Of a stretch of DNA of 64,000 nt, positions 1 to 9,958 are shown piece after piece. Each line of letters starts with the position of its first letter. Position 1 is the first letter of the stretch. The stretch comes from Candidatus Heimdallarchaeota archaeon. GTDB lineage: Archaea > Asgardarchaeota > Heimdallarchaeia > Hodarchaeales > Hodarchaeaceae. Both the position numbers and the translations under genes were made by a program. The notes under the pieces were generated by a model. That model was not told the DNA's origin. It did no database searches and worked only from the letters and a program-made list of their open reading frames with translations. Location: positions 180,369 through 244,368 of the forward strand of contig RDOB01000004.1 in the NCBI GenBank assembly GCA_011364965.1, given 5' to 3'.

Positions 1-373
1 TGATATTATCAACCTTAAAAGAGAATATCCAAGCGCGGAAATTTTGATACATCCTGAAGCTAAACCTGAAGTACAAAAATTAGCTGATCAAATTTGCTCA
101 ACAAGTGGTATGATGAGAGCTGTTAAGGCTTCCAAGTCCAATGAATTTATAATTGCTACAGAAATAGGCTTAGTTGACCGTTTGAAGAAGGAATACCCCA
201 ATAAAAAATTCATTTGTGCAAGAAATGATGCAATATGTATCCAACAGAAAAAAATCACTATTTACAATCTCTATTTATCCTTGCTTAATCTTCAGTATAA
301 AATCAGTATTCCAGAAAAAATCGCGCAACGTTCAAGGATAGCTATTGAAAAAATGCTTGATCTTTCAATCTAA
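1..373 (+). CDS. nadA: Quinolinate synthase, C-terminal part (5' end outside window)
   Basis: HPE...ADQICSTSGM and IIATEIGL motifs, terminal Cys region; directly upstream of nadC; frame is open back to the window edge. Confidence 0.9.
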   Translation, partial: DIINLKREYPSAEILIHPEAKPEVQKLADQICSTSGMMRAVKASKSNEFIIATEIGLVDRLKKEYPNKKFICARNDAICIQQKKITIYNLYLSLLNLQYKISIPEKIAQRSRIAIEKMLDLSI

Positions 374-391
374 GGTAAAAAGTTGGTCTGT

Positions 392-1267
392 ATGAAAAAT
401 ATTCCCAATATAATCCTTGAGAAGAAACTACTTGAATATCTCGAGGAGGATATGCCATTTGGTGATGTAACTGGGCAGTTCATCCCAAATACTCAAGTAA
501 TTGCTTTTTTGAAGGCGAAAGAATCAGGGATTGTCTGTGGGTTACCATATGTAAAAATATTAATGGAAACACTTGGAATCTCTGTTAAAACTCTAGTTGA
601 AGATGGATCGCGAATTGAGCCTGGTGATATATTATTAGAAATTCAGGGAAATAGTGTAGATATTATTGTAGTAGAGAGAACTGTTTTAAATTTCTTAATG
701 CGCCTCTCAGGTATTGCTTCACAAACTCGATCTCTTGTTGAAAGAGTAAAAGATGCAGGATTGAGAATTCGGATAGCTGGAACAAGAAAAACAACTCCAG
801 GTTTCAGATTCTTTGAAAAATATGCTATAGAAATGGGAGGAGGGGATCCTCATAGATGGGATCTATCAGATATGGTTCTAATAAAAGAAAATCACATAAA
901 AACGATAGGAGAAGACGGTTTGAATGATTTTCTGAAAAATTTACATAAGCGTGTCTCATTTTCCAAAAAAATAGAAATAGAGGTGGAAAATTTGTCTCAA
1001 CTCAAAAAAATTCTGCCTTATAATCCCGATATTATAATGCTGGATGATTTTTCAATTGAGGACATACACAAAGCAGTCGAGTTAATTGAGAAAGTAAATC
1101 TAAAACAAAAAATATTACTAGAGGTCAGTGGAGGAATTACACCTGAAAACATTCAAAACTATTTTATCGAAGGGATTAATATCCTTTCTCTAGGTTTTCT
1201 TACTCATTCCGTCAAATCTTTAGACTTTTCATTAAAAATAAATGAAATTTTAAATACTAAAGGGTGA
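392..1267 (+). CDS. nadC: Nicotinate-nucleotide pyrophosphorylase (quinolinate phosphoribosyltransferase)
   Basis: ED..GDVT, ERTVLN..RLSGIA, GTRKTTPG, HRWDLSD, IEIEVE, EVSGGIT motifs; ATG at 392 preferred over TTG at 383. Confidence 0.95.
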   Translation: MKNIPNIILEKKLLEYLEEDMPFGDVTGQFIPNTQVIAFLKAKESGIVCGLPYVKILMETLGISVKTLVEDGSRIEPGDILLEIQGNSVDIIVVERTVLNFLMRLSGIASQTRSLVERVKDAGLRIRIAGTRKTTPGFRFFEKYAIEMGGGDPHRWDLSDMVLIKENHIKTIGEDGLNDFLKNLHKRVSFSKKIEIEVENLSQLKKILPYNPDIIMLDDFSIEDIHKAVELIEKVNLKQKILLEVSGGITPENIQNYFIEGINILSLGFLTHSVKSLDFSLKINEILNTKG

Positions 1268-1274
1268 ATTAGAA

Positions 1275-1484
1275 ATGTTCAGCACAATTTTACGAGGATT
1301 ATCAGTAGCTTTTCTTTCTTCTATTGTAATATCATTAATGTTGGTCTTTTTTACACCAGTATTGCCATTTAACATACTGACTGGGGATTTAGCAATCCCG
1401 TTTTTCTTTATAATTGTGATTATTTCATTTATTGTTTATTTAATATTACCATTGGAAACAGATTTCTCTTCTCAAGATCTTTAA
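1275..1484 (+). CDS. Small two-TM membrane protein
   Basis: Two hydrophobic segments; tightly packed between nadC and the next gene. Confidence 0.6.
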   Translation: MFSTILRGLSVAFLSSIVISLMLVFFTPVLPFNILTGDLAIPFFFIIVIISFIVYLILPLETDFSSQDL

Positions 1485-1487
1485 AAT

Positions 1488-2237
1488 TTGATTGAGGGTA
1501 AAGAAATGAACACTAAAGATGGATATAGTTCAAAAAGAGCAGAAATTGACTCGAAATTGATTTCTCCTAATTCTTGTATATATGGAGAAGCTAAAGTTGG
1601 CTATAATGCAATTATCGACCCATTTGTAATAATAGGTTACCCTATTCGGGCTAAAATTAAGGAAATTTTACAGAACGAAAGCAAAGAGCTGGATTTGCAT
1701 GATTATTATGATCAAAAATCATCTGGGGCAATTATAGGAAAACATAATCATATTCGCTCATTTACAACAATTTATGAGATGTCCACTTTGGAGGATGAAG
1801 TAGAAACAGGAAATAATGTACTTATTAGAGAAAAATGTCATATAGGAGCTGGGAGTATTATTGGTAGTGGTTCAATCTTAGATAGCGGAGTAATAATTGG
1901 TAAAAAAGCTCGTATTCAATCAAATAATTTCATACCCCCTAAAATTTCAATTGGAGATGATGTTTTTTTGGGGCCCAATGTTGTGTTCGCAAACGATCGA
2001 TATCCAGTAAGTACGAAATTAATCGAAACCAAAGTAGAAAATAATGTTAGAATAGGAATTGGTTCGATTTTATTACCAGGAATAACTATAAAACAGGGAG
2101 CGGTTATAGCTGCAGGTTCTCTTGTCACAAAAGATGTTCAAGAATTTAGCGTTGTTAAGGGTTCTCCTGCTACGGTGATAATGACACGAGAAGAATATGA
2201 TGAAAAGAAAAAGAGCTATGAAGACTCGGAATATTAA
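1488..2237 (+). CDS. Left-handed beta-helix (hexapeptide) acyltransferase, probably a sugar N-acetyltransferase
   Basis: Repeated IG/VG hexapeptides, FLGPNVVFAND, ILLPGITI..GAVIAAGSLVTKDV...GSPA. Confidence 0.85.
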   Translation: MIEGKEMNTKDGYSSKRAEIDSKLISPNSCIYGEAKVGYNAIIDPFVIIGYPIRAKIKEILQNESKELDLHDYYDQKSSGAIIGKHNHIRSFTTIYEMSTLEDEVETGNNVLIREKCHIGAGSIIGSGSILDSGVIIGKKARIQSNNFIPPKISIGDDVFLGPNVVFANDRYPVSTKLIETKVENNVRIGIGSILLPGITIKQGAVIAAGSLVTKDVQEFSVVKGSPATVIMTREEYDEKKKSYEDSEY

Positions 2238-2239
2238 GA

Positions 2240-2539
2240 TTAACGTAATGAGCATTCACATGGACTTTTTTGGCATTTAGGACAAATAGATGGATATTTC
2301 TCCCAAGCAACTTTCTCTAAGTCTATTCCAAATAAATTACACACCGAGCATAACCAAGCAAATACATCAGCCACTTCTTCTTCTAATACATTCATATTGT
2401 TTTTCAAATAAGCTTCGAATAATTCTCCCATTTCAGTTTGAAGCCAAATTAAAGTTTTTTCTTGCCCTCTAATTCGGTCTCTTTCCCCATAAAGCTGATT
2501 CATTAGAATTTGAAACTCAGAAATTGAATGTTTTGACAT
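2240..2539 (-). CDS. MazG-like nucleotide pyrophosphohydrolase
   Basis: WL.TEMGEL.EA and EEEVADVFAWL motifs, C-terminal CPKC..PCEC. Confidence 0.88.
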   Translation of the reverse strand: MSKHSISEFQILMNQLYGERDRIRGQEKTLIWLQTEMGELFEAYLKNNMNVLEEEVADVFAWLCSVCNLFGIDLEKVAWEKYPSICPKCQKSPCECSLR

Positions 2540-2550
2540 AACAGCACATC

Positions 2551-3567
2551 TTAGGTTAGTTGAATCTTAGAATGATCTCCAACGTCCAGATCAGACAATC
2601 CACCAGTCATTTCTACATTTTCCCCTATTAATGAGTCATGAAGGTTAACATTTTTGAGTCTACAATGAGCTCCAATTATTGAAGATGAAATAATAGATCG
2701 GGTGATCACAGTTTCTGTTCCAATACTCACATTCGGGCCAATTATAGAATTAAAGATCATACAATCAGATTGGATAGATACTGGAGGGATAATAACGCTA
2801 TCATCGTACTGAATTTTTATCGTTTCTTTATCGTTCTTACTTAGTACATAATCATGGGCAGCAAGTAATGCTTCTTTTTTACCACAATCATACCATTCTC
2901 CAGAAGGAATGATACCTAGCTTATCCCCTTTATCTAGCATGATCTGCAATGCATCAGTTAGTTGTAGCTCCCCACCGCTTCCAGATGTATTTCTTGATAC
3001 TAATTCATCTAGGGCAGCTCTTAATTTTGAAGGATCGCGTATAATATAAACCCCTGTAATTGCAAGATCAGACTTTGGAGCACTTGGTTTCTCTTCTACT
3101 TCTATGATTGTTTCACCATCTTCTGCAGTATTAACAACACCATAGGATTGAGGATTTTTAACTGATTTTACAGTTAATGCTCCCACCCAATCTTTGTGTT
3201 CCTCATAAGATTTGATCATATCTGAAAATGAATTTTCATAAAGGCTATCTCCCAGCGCAATTAAAATTGGCTCTCCATCTAAAAATTCCCTAGCAGTATA
3301 AATTGCGTGACCTAATCCTCGTCGTTCTTTTTGTTCCAAGAACTTGATATCACATTTACTTGAATAATGGGCTATAATATATTCTTTTAATTTCTCTTTT
3401 TCATAACCAACAATTATTACAACATCAGTAATAGTAGCTTCTAAAATGTTATCCAAAATGTGTGATAATATTGGTTTATTACCTAAGCGTAACAAAGCTT
3501 TTGGTTTAGTATGTGTATGAGGACGAAGTCGTGTTCCGATTCCAGCAGCGGGTATAATACATCGCAT
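2551..3567 (-). CDS. Sugar-1-phosphate nucleotidyltransferase (long glucose-1-phosphate thymidylyltransferase type)
   Basis: IPAAGIGTRLRPHTHTKPK, GLGHAI, EEKP, GELQLTDAL, WYDCG; C-terminal beta-helix. Confidence 0.9.
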   Translation of the reverse strand: MRCIIPAAGIGTRLRPHTHTKPKALLRLGNKPILSHILDNILEATITDVVIIVGYEKEKLKEYIIAHYSSKCDIKFLEQKERRGLGHAIYTAREFLDGEPILIALGDSLYENSFSDMIKSYEEHKDWVGALTVKSVKNPQSYGVVNTAEDGETIIEVEEKPSAPKSDLAITGVYIIRDPSKLRAALDELVSRNTSGSGGELQLTDALQIMLDKGDKLGIIPSGEWYDCGKKEALLAAHDYVLSKNDKETIKIQYDDSVIIPPVSIQSDCMIFNSIIGPNVSIGTETVITRSIISSSIIGAHCRLKNVNLHDSLIGENVEMTGGLSDLDVGDHSKIQLT

Positions 3568-3817
3568 TTAATTGTCTCCAATTTTTATCATATTCTGAAT
3601 AAATGCACTTAGCCTTTCTTCTCAATATATTGATACTTGACAATCTAAAGTAGCATATTCAGCTGTTTTCAGTACACTTATTCCTTGTATGTAATTTAGT
3701 AGTAGCTCTGCTTTTTTGTTTAGAGCTTACGTTTTAAAACAGCAGATACCTAGACTTATATTTTCTTTGAGGTTTACCTTCATTATAAATTATTACAAGC
3801 TAAGAGGATATTTGTTA

Positions 3818-4813
3818 ATGTTTCATCCAAATATTATCATTATTGCGTTATTAGCTATACTTATATCAGCAATAATTGCAGGGTTCTTGGTTCCATGGAT
3901 TATAAGCGTATCTTTACGAAGAGGAGTCACAACAACAGATGCACATAAAGTTAATACACCAATAATTACGGAACCAGGTGGTTTGGCTCCACTTTTCGCA
4001 TTTATTTTTACCATTCTAATCATTGTTTTTGGATGGGAATTTATTACTGAAGATTCACAGATCTTTGAACCCCTTTTAGCAGGTGTATTGAGCGTTGTGA
4101 TAGCAGGATTAATCGGTTTTCTAGATGATGTGTTTAAGATTCGATGGCGGGACAAAATCCTTCTCGGATTCCTCCCCGCGATTCCCTTAATGGCATTGAA
4201 AGTTGGAACTTCAACTATTAGCTTGCCTTTAATTGGAATTTTGGATCTTGGCCCTCTATATAGCTGGGTTTTGATACCATTAGTTGTAAACTTTGCATTT
4301 AACTCATTTAATATGCTTGCTGGTTTTAATGGACTAGAAGCTGGAAATGGAGTCATTTCCCTAGGAGTAATTCTCTTTGTAGCTTTATTAGTTGATAATC
4401 CCATTGTAACACTCTTTGCTGCTTCGCTACTAGGAGGTTTCCTAGTATTGTTAAGATTTAATTGGTACCCTGCGAAAACTTTAATTGGTGATACTGGAAC
4501 TTTAACTTTAGGAACTGGGATTATAGTAGCATTGATAATCGGAAATATGGATAGACTAGCAATTGGATTATATGGTATACATTTTCTGAATTTTCTACTG
4601 TTTTTACTCTATATTTATACAAAACAAAGTGCAAAATTAGCCAAAATTGATAAAGATGGAAATATTGAAGCTCCATGCCCATTTGCAGTTTATTGGTTCT
4701 TTCCTTATTACTTCAAGAATATCAATGAGCAGAAGAACGTGATTTTGATATTAGTAGTTCATACAATCATTGTAATTGGAGTTTTATTAATCTCATTGTC
4801 AGTTTTCACTTGA
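3818..4813 (+). CDS. aglH: UDP-GlcNAc:dolichol-phosphate GlcNAc-1-phosphate transferase (AglH/DPAGT1, MraY-like GT4)
   Basis: IGFLDD, NSFNMLAGFNGLEAG, FNWYPAK.LIGDTGT motifs, multiple TM helices; ATG at 3818 follows AGAGGA. Confidence 0.85.
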   Translation: MFHPNIIIIALLAILISAIIAGFLVPWIISVSLRRGVTTTDAHKVNTPIITEPGGLAPLFAFIFTILIIVFGWEFITEDSQIFEPLLAGVLSVVIAGLIGFLDDVFKIRWRDKILLGFLPAIPLMALKVGTSTISLPLIGILDLGPLYSWVLIPLVVNFAFNSFNMLAGFNGLEAGNGVISLGVILFVALLVDNPIVTLFAASLLGGFLVLLRFNWYPAKTLIGDTGTLTLGTGIIVALIIGNMDRLAIGLYGIHFLNFLLFLLYIYTKQSAKLAKIDKDGNIEAPCPFAVYWFFPYYFKNINEQKNVILILVVHTIIVIGVLLISLSVFT

Positions 4814-4847
4814 GAAGTATGCTAGGAGACCTAATGTGAATTGTCCG

Positions 4848-6449
4848 ATGAATTTAAATGAATATAACGCGCTTAATAACCTAATTCAGAGCCTGATACA
4901 CGATCCTCGACCAACACGTTCTAAACTAGAATCATTAAAACGCAAAATCGCAAAAGAGTATCAATTGAATCGATTTGTTAAAAATTCAGAAATCCTTGAG
5001 TTTATTTTCGCCTCAGAAACTTTATCTGAATACGAGAAAGAATTCCTGACACAATTTCTACAAACACGAAGGGTTAGGACGATTAGTGGTATTGCTGTCG
5101 TTGCAGTGATGACCAAGCCTTCTCCGTGTCCTGGAAACTGTATTTACTGTCCTGATGTGAGAGGAGCTCCAAAATCATATACAGGAAGAGAACCCGCAGC
5201 CATGAGAGGGACTCAAAACAAGTTTTTACCAAAAAACCAAGTTGAAGCCCGGTTAAGCCAACTTGAAAGCATTGGTCATTCCTTAGATAAAGTTCATTTA
5301 GTTATTATGGGAGGAACTTTCCTTTCCACATCAGAAAAATATCAGGAGGATTTCGTAAAAGGATGTCTTGATGGAATTTCTGGTGTACCTTCTAATGATC
5401 TCCAAACTGCTCAATTAAATGTTGAAAGAAGTCCACGCAGGAATGTAGGTATTACATTTGAAACCCGACCTGACTATTGCAAACCCGCTCATGTCAGTAG
5501 AATGCTATCTTTGGGGGGAACATGGGTTGAAATTGGAGTTCAAACCTTATCTGAAAAAATTTTAGGATTTATTCAAAGACATCATACACTGGAAGATGTT
5601 GTAGAAGCAATAAGAGTTGCAAGAGATGGAGGACTAAAAGTAACGGTACATATGATGCCAAACCTATTCCAATCTCCAGATGAAGACTTAAGAATGTTTA
5701 AGCAGCTATTTTCAGACCCCAAATTTCTTCCTGATGCCCTTAAAATATATCCAACCCTAGTACTACCAAATACAAAATTATTTGAGTTATGGAAGCAGCA
5801 AGAGTACATCCCCTATGGATCGGAGGATGTAGTTAAAGTTATTGCAGATATTAAGAAAAATACACCGCCATTTGTACGTATTCAAAGAGTTCAACGCGAT
5901 ATTCCAGCTTATTTAATAATAGATGGTGTTAAATCGGGAAATCTGCGGGAGTTAGCACGGGAACAACTAAATCAGAAAGGTGAAAAATGTTCTTGTATTC
6001 GATGTCGGGAAGTGGGACATCAATCAAATTTAGGAAACCATAGCTGGAAAGAAAAAGAAAAAAAAATCCACCATATGGTATTCGAAGCCTCTCAAGGATT
6101 AGAGCACTTTATTTCTTATGAAACCGAAGATTCAGAGACGTTATTTGGTTTTCTCCGCCTACGCGAACCATCTATCTATTCATTTCGTCCAGAACTTATT
6201 AATCCGAATGCAACTGTTATCAGAGAGTTACATGTTTATGGGAAACTTGTAGAAATCGGTAAATCCCCAAAAGGCCAAGAATGGCAACATCGGGGTTTAG
6301 GTCAACAATTAATAACTTATGCAGAGGAAATTTCAATAAAAAGGGGATTCAATAAAATTGCAGTGACTTCTGGCCTTGGAGTACGAGATTACTATAGGAA
6401 AATTGGTTTTGTAAAAGAGGGAGTCTATATGACCAAAAAATTGCTCTAA
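4848..6449 (+). CDS. elp3: tRNA uridine(34) acetyltransferase Elp3 (radical SAM + GNAT)
   Basis: RTISGIAVVAVM, CPGNCIYCP, PKSYTGREPA, ETRPD, KIYPTLV, RELHVYG, QHRGLG. Confidence 0.96.
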   Translation: MNLNEYNALNNLIQSLIHDPRPTRSKLESLKRKIAKEYQLNRFVKNSEILEFIFASETLSEYEKEFLTQFLQTRRVRTISGIAVVAVMTKPSPCPGNCIYCPDVRGAPKSYTGREPAAMRGTQNKFLPKNQVEARLSQLESIGHSLDKVHLVIMGGTFLSTSEKYQEDFVKGCLDGISGVPSNDLQTAQLNVERSPRRNVGITFETRPDYCKPAHVSRMLSLGGTWVEIGVQTLSEKILGFIQRHHTLEDVVEAIRVARDGGLKVTVHMMPNLFQSPDEDLRMFKQLFSDPKFLPDALKIYPTLVLPNTKLFELWKQQEYIPYGSEDVVKVIADIKKNTPPFVRIQRVQRDIPAYLIIDGVKSGNLRELAREQLNQKGEKCSCIRCREVGHQSNLGNHSWKEKEKKIHHMVFEASQGLEHFISYETEDSETLFGFLRLREPSIYSFRPELINPNATVIRELHVYGKLVEIGKSPKGQEWQHRGLGQQLITYAEEISIKRGFNKIAVTSGLGVRDYYRKIGFVKEGVYMTKKLL

Positions 6450-6473
6450 AGAAAAAGAAACTAAAGAGTGAGA

Positions 6474-7361
6474 TCATTCTAATTTAGCTAACATATCCCA
6501 CTCGAATTGAAGATCTTTTTTAAGATCCTCAATGTTTTTAGGTGTCATTTGACTGAATCTCCCTTGCTTGTCAAGATATTCTTCAATTGGTACACGATTC
6601 GTAGGATCGCAGTACTTGGAACCTTGCTTACTGAACACTAGTTTACCATTCACGATTTCATATAAGGGAAAATATCCCGTTTTTACAGCTAATTGCCCTA
6701 ATTCTTGAGTTATGGCAGGATCTGAATTCCATCCTGTTGGACAAGGAGCATCTATCAGTATAAATTTGTATCCTTCTATTTTGGCGGCTTTCTTGGACTT
6801 TGCGTAGATATCACGTGGATATCCAACCGACGCGGTTGCAATATAGGGAATATCATGTGCAGCCATGATTCTTGCCACACTCTTGCGTTTTTCGGATTTA
6901 CCTGCTGGCGTAGTCGTTGTCACTGCGCCTCGCGGAGTAGCACCACTGCGTTGGGCGCCTGTATTACTATAAAAGCCATTATCATAACAGAAATGAATGA
7001 TGTTTTCATTTCGCTCTGCAGCACCAGACCAAGTTGAAAGACCAATATCATATGTCCCACCGTCACCAGACCAGATAACAACGGTATAATCTTCTCCTCT
7101 CATTTTTTTAGCTCGAGTTATCCCTGATGCTGCACTCGCGTGAGCAGCAAATGCTATATTTAAAGTAGGGACATTATAGGTCACATTTGGATGGAGACTT
7201 TGGATAACGGATGCACAACAAGCGGGAATAACCACTATAGGTTTATCGAGTGCCGAGATTGCGCTTCTATATGCAACTGAAAGTCCACAACCTGCGCAAG
7301 CAAAATTACCTCGTAGAAGAACATCAGGACGATCCATCATATCAGTTATTTTAATACTCAT
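6474..7361 (-). CDS. porB: Pyruvate/2-oxoacid:ferredoxin oxidoreductase beta subunit
   Basis: ACAGCG, TPP motif GDGGTYDIG...YDN..Y.NTG.QRS, PCPTGW. Confidence 0.93.
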   Translation of the reverse strand: MSIKITDMMDRPDVLLRGNFACAGCGLSVAYRSAISALDKPIVVIPACCASVIQSLHPNVTYNVPTLNIAFAAHASAASGITRAKKMRGEDYTVVIWSGDGGTYDIGLSTWSGAAERNENIIHFCYDNGFYSNTGAQRSGATPRGAVTTTTPAGKSEKRKSVARIMAAHDIPYIATASVGYPRDIYAKSKKAAKIEGYKFILIDAPCPTGWNSDPAITQELGQLAVKTGYFPLYEIVNGKLVFSKQGSKYCDPTNRVPIEEYLDKQGRFSQMTPKNIEDLKKDLQFEWDMLAKLE

Positions 7362-7373
7362 TTTCTCATCTCC

Positions 7374-8522
7374 TTACATTATCTTCTCCACTTCATCCGC
7401 AATGTCAACATATGTAACATCCATGCCGCCCAATCCCATGATTTTTTGATGCAAGTCGATTTCCATTTTATTAGCAAATAGTTCTGACTGTACTTCGATT
7501 GCAATTTGACCAGCATTTCCAAAGGAAACTGCGCGATCTATAATTAAAACCTTGGGTATTTTTTTCAGACAAGCAATCAACTCTTTCTTAGGAAACGGAC
7601 GAAATATACGTGGTCTGATAGTAATTGCACGAATCCCTCGTTCAGCCAACACAGCAAGGGAGTTTTCTGCCTCTTCTCCTAAAGTGCCCAGTGCGATAAT
7701 TCCTACATCAGAGTCATCGAGATTTCCTGTTACCTCAATCATGTCCCCGCTTAATCTTCCGAATTTATTGGCAAACTCACGAAGAATTTGAGGGATAATC
7801 ACCCGAGCATTGTTGAATCCATCAATTAATGACATTCGCTGTTCCCAGATCCCTTTGGAATCCGTTAAAGATCCATGAGCAAAGGGATTATCGCTATCTA
7901 ACATTGCTAAAGGTTTAAAAGGAGGAAGAAAATCATCCACCTGCTCTTGGGTTGGAATATTAACTTGAGCTGATGTATGACTCAGGATGAAACCATCGAG
8001 ACACACCATCACTGGCATCCAGATTTTATGATGCTCAGCAATTTTAAACGCACAAAGTGTCAAGTCCAGTACTTCTTGATTATTCTTCGCATATAACTGA
8101 ATCCAGCCAGCATCTCTAAATGACATACTATCTTGATGGTCTGGCCAAATGTTCCAAGGATTCAGAGATCGATTCACCACAGGCATGACAATAGGGATTC
8201 GAGTTAAACCTGCCCACCAAACTAACTCCCCCATATACAATAATCCATGTGAGCTTGTTGCTGTGAAGGTCCTCACACCGGCGAGAGAAGCCCCAATAGC
8301 AGCGCCCATTGCGCTGTGTTCGCTTTCAACATTAATATATTCACAATCAAGTTCTCCTGAAGCAACCATTCCAGAAAGAGTTTCTACTATTTTTGTTTGA
8401 GGAGTAATAGGATATGCAGCGATAACTTGGGGTTTAGCTAACCTAACTGCATTAGCTACAGCTTCATTCCCTGTTAATAATGTTACATTGGTATCTTCTA
8501 AGGTTTGTACCATTTTTTTCAC
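7374..8522 (-). CDS. porA: Pyruvate/2-oxoacid:ferredoxin oxidoreductase alpha subunit
   Basis: GNEAVA, AYPITPQT, ESEHSA, TATSS.GL, DGFILSH. Confidence 0.94.
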   Translation of the reverse strand: MKKMVQTLEDTNVTLLTGNEAVANAVRLAKPQVIAAYPITPQTKIVETLSGMVASGELDCEYINVESEHSAMGAAIGASLAGVRTFTATSSHGLLYMGELVWWAGLTRIPIVMPVVNRSLNPWNIWPDHQDSMSFRDAGWIQLYAKNNQEVLDLTLCAFKIAEHHKIWMPVMVCLDGFILSHTSAQVNIPTQEQVDDFLPPFKPLAMLDSDNPFAHGSLTDSKGIWEQRMSLIDGFNNARVIIPQILREFANKFGRLSGDMIEVTGNLDDSDVGIIALGTLGEEAENSLAVLAERGIRAITIRPRIFRPFPKKELIACLKKIPKVLIIDRAVSFGNAGQIAIEVQSELFANKMEIDLHQKIMGLGGMDVTYVDIADEVEKIM

Positions 8523-8798
8523 CTACTCAGGTTTCATCTCCAAAGCACCTTTAGGACAGACATGTACACACATACCACACCCTTTACAATAAACATAGTC
8601 CACATAAGGGAATTCTCCCTTTGAATCGACACGAATTGTACCTTCTGGGCATGCTACCCAACATTGATAACACTTTATACAATTTTCTTCAATAAAAACA
8701 GGTTTACTTGTTCTCCACGTCCCAGTATTTCCCGCTGATCCTATAGTTGGCCTTCCCAAAGGAAGAACGGGATCTTTCAATTCATGTTCTTCAGTCAA
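8523..8798 (-). CDS. porD: 2-oxoacid:ferredoxin oxidoreductase delta (2x4Fe-4S) subunit
   Basis: TGTWR, CIKCYQCWVACP and CKGCGMCVHVCP. Confidence 0.93.
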   Translation of the reverse strand: MTEEHELKDPVLPLGRPTIGSAGNTGTWRTSKPVFIEENCIKCYQCWVACPEGTIRVDSKGEFPYVDYVYCKGCGMCVHVCPKGALEMKPE

Positions 8799-8810
8799 TT
8801 GAATTTCACC

Positions 8811-9398
8811 TTAATTTTTAATAAACTCAAACTTGTCATAAGCGAGTTTGATTGAACGTATATTTGCTTCTGTTAAAGCTCCTTTACCAAATTGATGCTC
8901 AACAGCTTTTATTAAAGAGTCAATCGATACAAGGTCTCCAGATGCCTTTATCCATGCACCAAGCATGGTTGTACTGACCATTACAGTTCCAGACTTAATA
9001 AGACCGCATTCTGTGGCTATTTCAACTGCATCTACCTTCCCAATCTTTAGTTTGGATTTCTCTTTTAGGAAGGAGGGAAGATCCTGAGAATTAATAATCA
9101 CTAACGTCCCAGGTTTGATTTCATCGAAAGGAATGGTATCAACTAAAGATGGTTCTAGTACGATCCAACTATGAGTGTTACCTGGAATTACAGGAGCATG
9201 GGTCTTTACATGCTCATCAGAAATTCTTACATCTGCAAAGATCGGAGCACCTTTTCGTTCAGCACCATACTTTGGAATAGCTTGAACAAATTTTCCCGAA
9301 AGATGACCAGCTGAAGCGAGAAGCTTTGCAGCCGTTACTCCTCCCTGTCCACCTCGACTTAATATTCTAACTTCTGTCAATGTCATACGTTCACGCAC
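8811..9398 (-). CDS. porG: 2-oxoacid:ferredoxin oxidoreductase gamma subunit
   Basis: EVRI.SRGGQGGVTA, P.YGAERKGAP. Confidence 0.92.
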   Translation of the reverse strand: MRERMTLTEVRILSRGGQGGVTAAKLLASAGHLSGKFVQAIPKYGAERKGAPIFADVRISDEHVKTHAPVIPGNTHSWIVLEPSLVDTIPFDEIKPGTLVIINSQDLPSFLKEKSKLKIGKVDAVEIATECGLIKSGTVMVSTTMLGAWIKASGDLVSIDSLIKAVEHQFGKGALTEANIRSIKLAYDKFEFIKN

Positions 9399-9643
9399 AC
9401 ATGACTATTATAGCAATTAAAAAGAGAGAACTATCCTCTTAGGTAAGTTCCTCCAATTATAAAGACAGTATCTGCTAATAGAATCATCGCAAGTTTCACC
9501 TCAAAAGTTATTTGTTCCAAACGAAAAGAAAATGATTATCGGATAGGTGGGTTATAGAACGCGATAATAATAAAATCTCGAAAAGATTTCCTATTCACTG
9601 GATCTACAGTCCAAATTTCACTTGATTAGTGAACTAAAATTAA

Positions 9644-9719
9644 GGGCCGATAGCTCAGCTTGGTAGTTAGCGCCTGCTTGGCATGCAGGAGGTCGAGGGT
9701 TCAAATCCCCCTCGGTCCA
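9644..9719 (+). tRNA. tRNA-Ala (GGC), no intron, CCA not encoded
   Basis: Acceptor stem GGGCCGA/TCGGTCC with G3:U70; anticodon arm CCTGC-TTGGCAT-GCAGG (GGC at 9680-9682); T loop TTCAAAT; discriminator A. Confidence 0.95.
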
Positions 9720-9958
9720 CTTTTATTTTCCTGTTTATTTAGTGTAGAAGACTTAATTGAATAATAGCTGTTCACAGGGTCTTTATATTTAAAAATTATC
9801 TTTTGAATTAAAAGAAAACTTCTATTTAAATTCAACTAGAAGATTGTTAACTCTCCAAACCCACATTAATACATATTCCTTTCCGATATGAAGTCTTTTT
9901 AATGGGACTTAGGATAATAGCTTTTTTGAAGAAAAGCAATCAGAGAAGGATCAAAATT

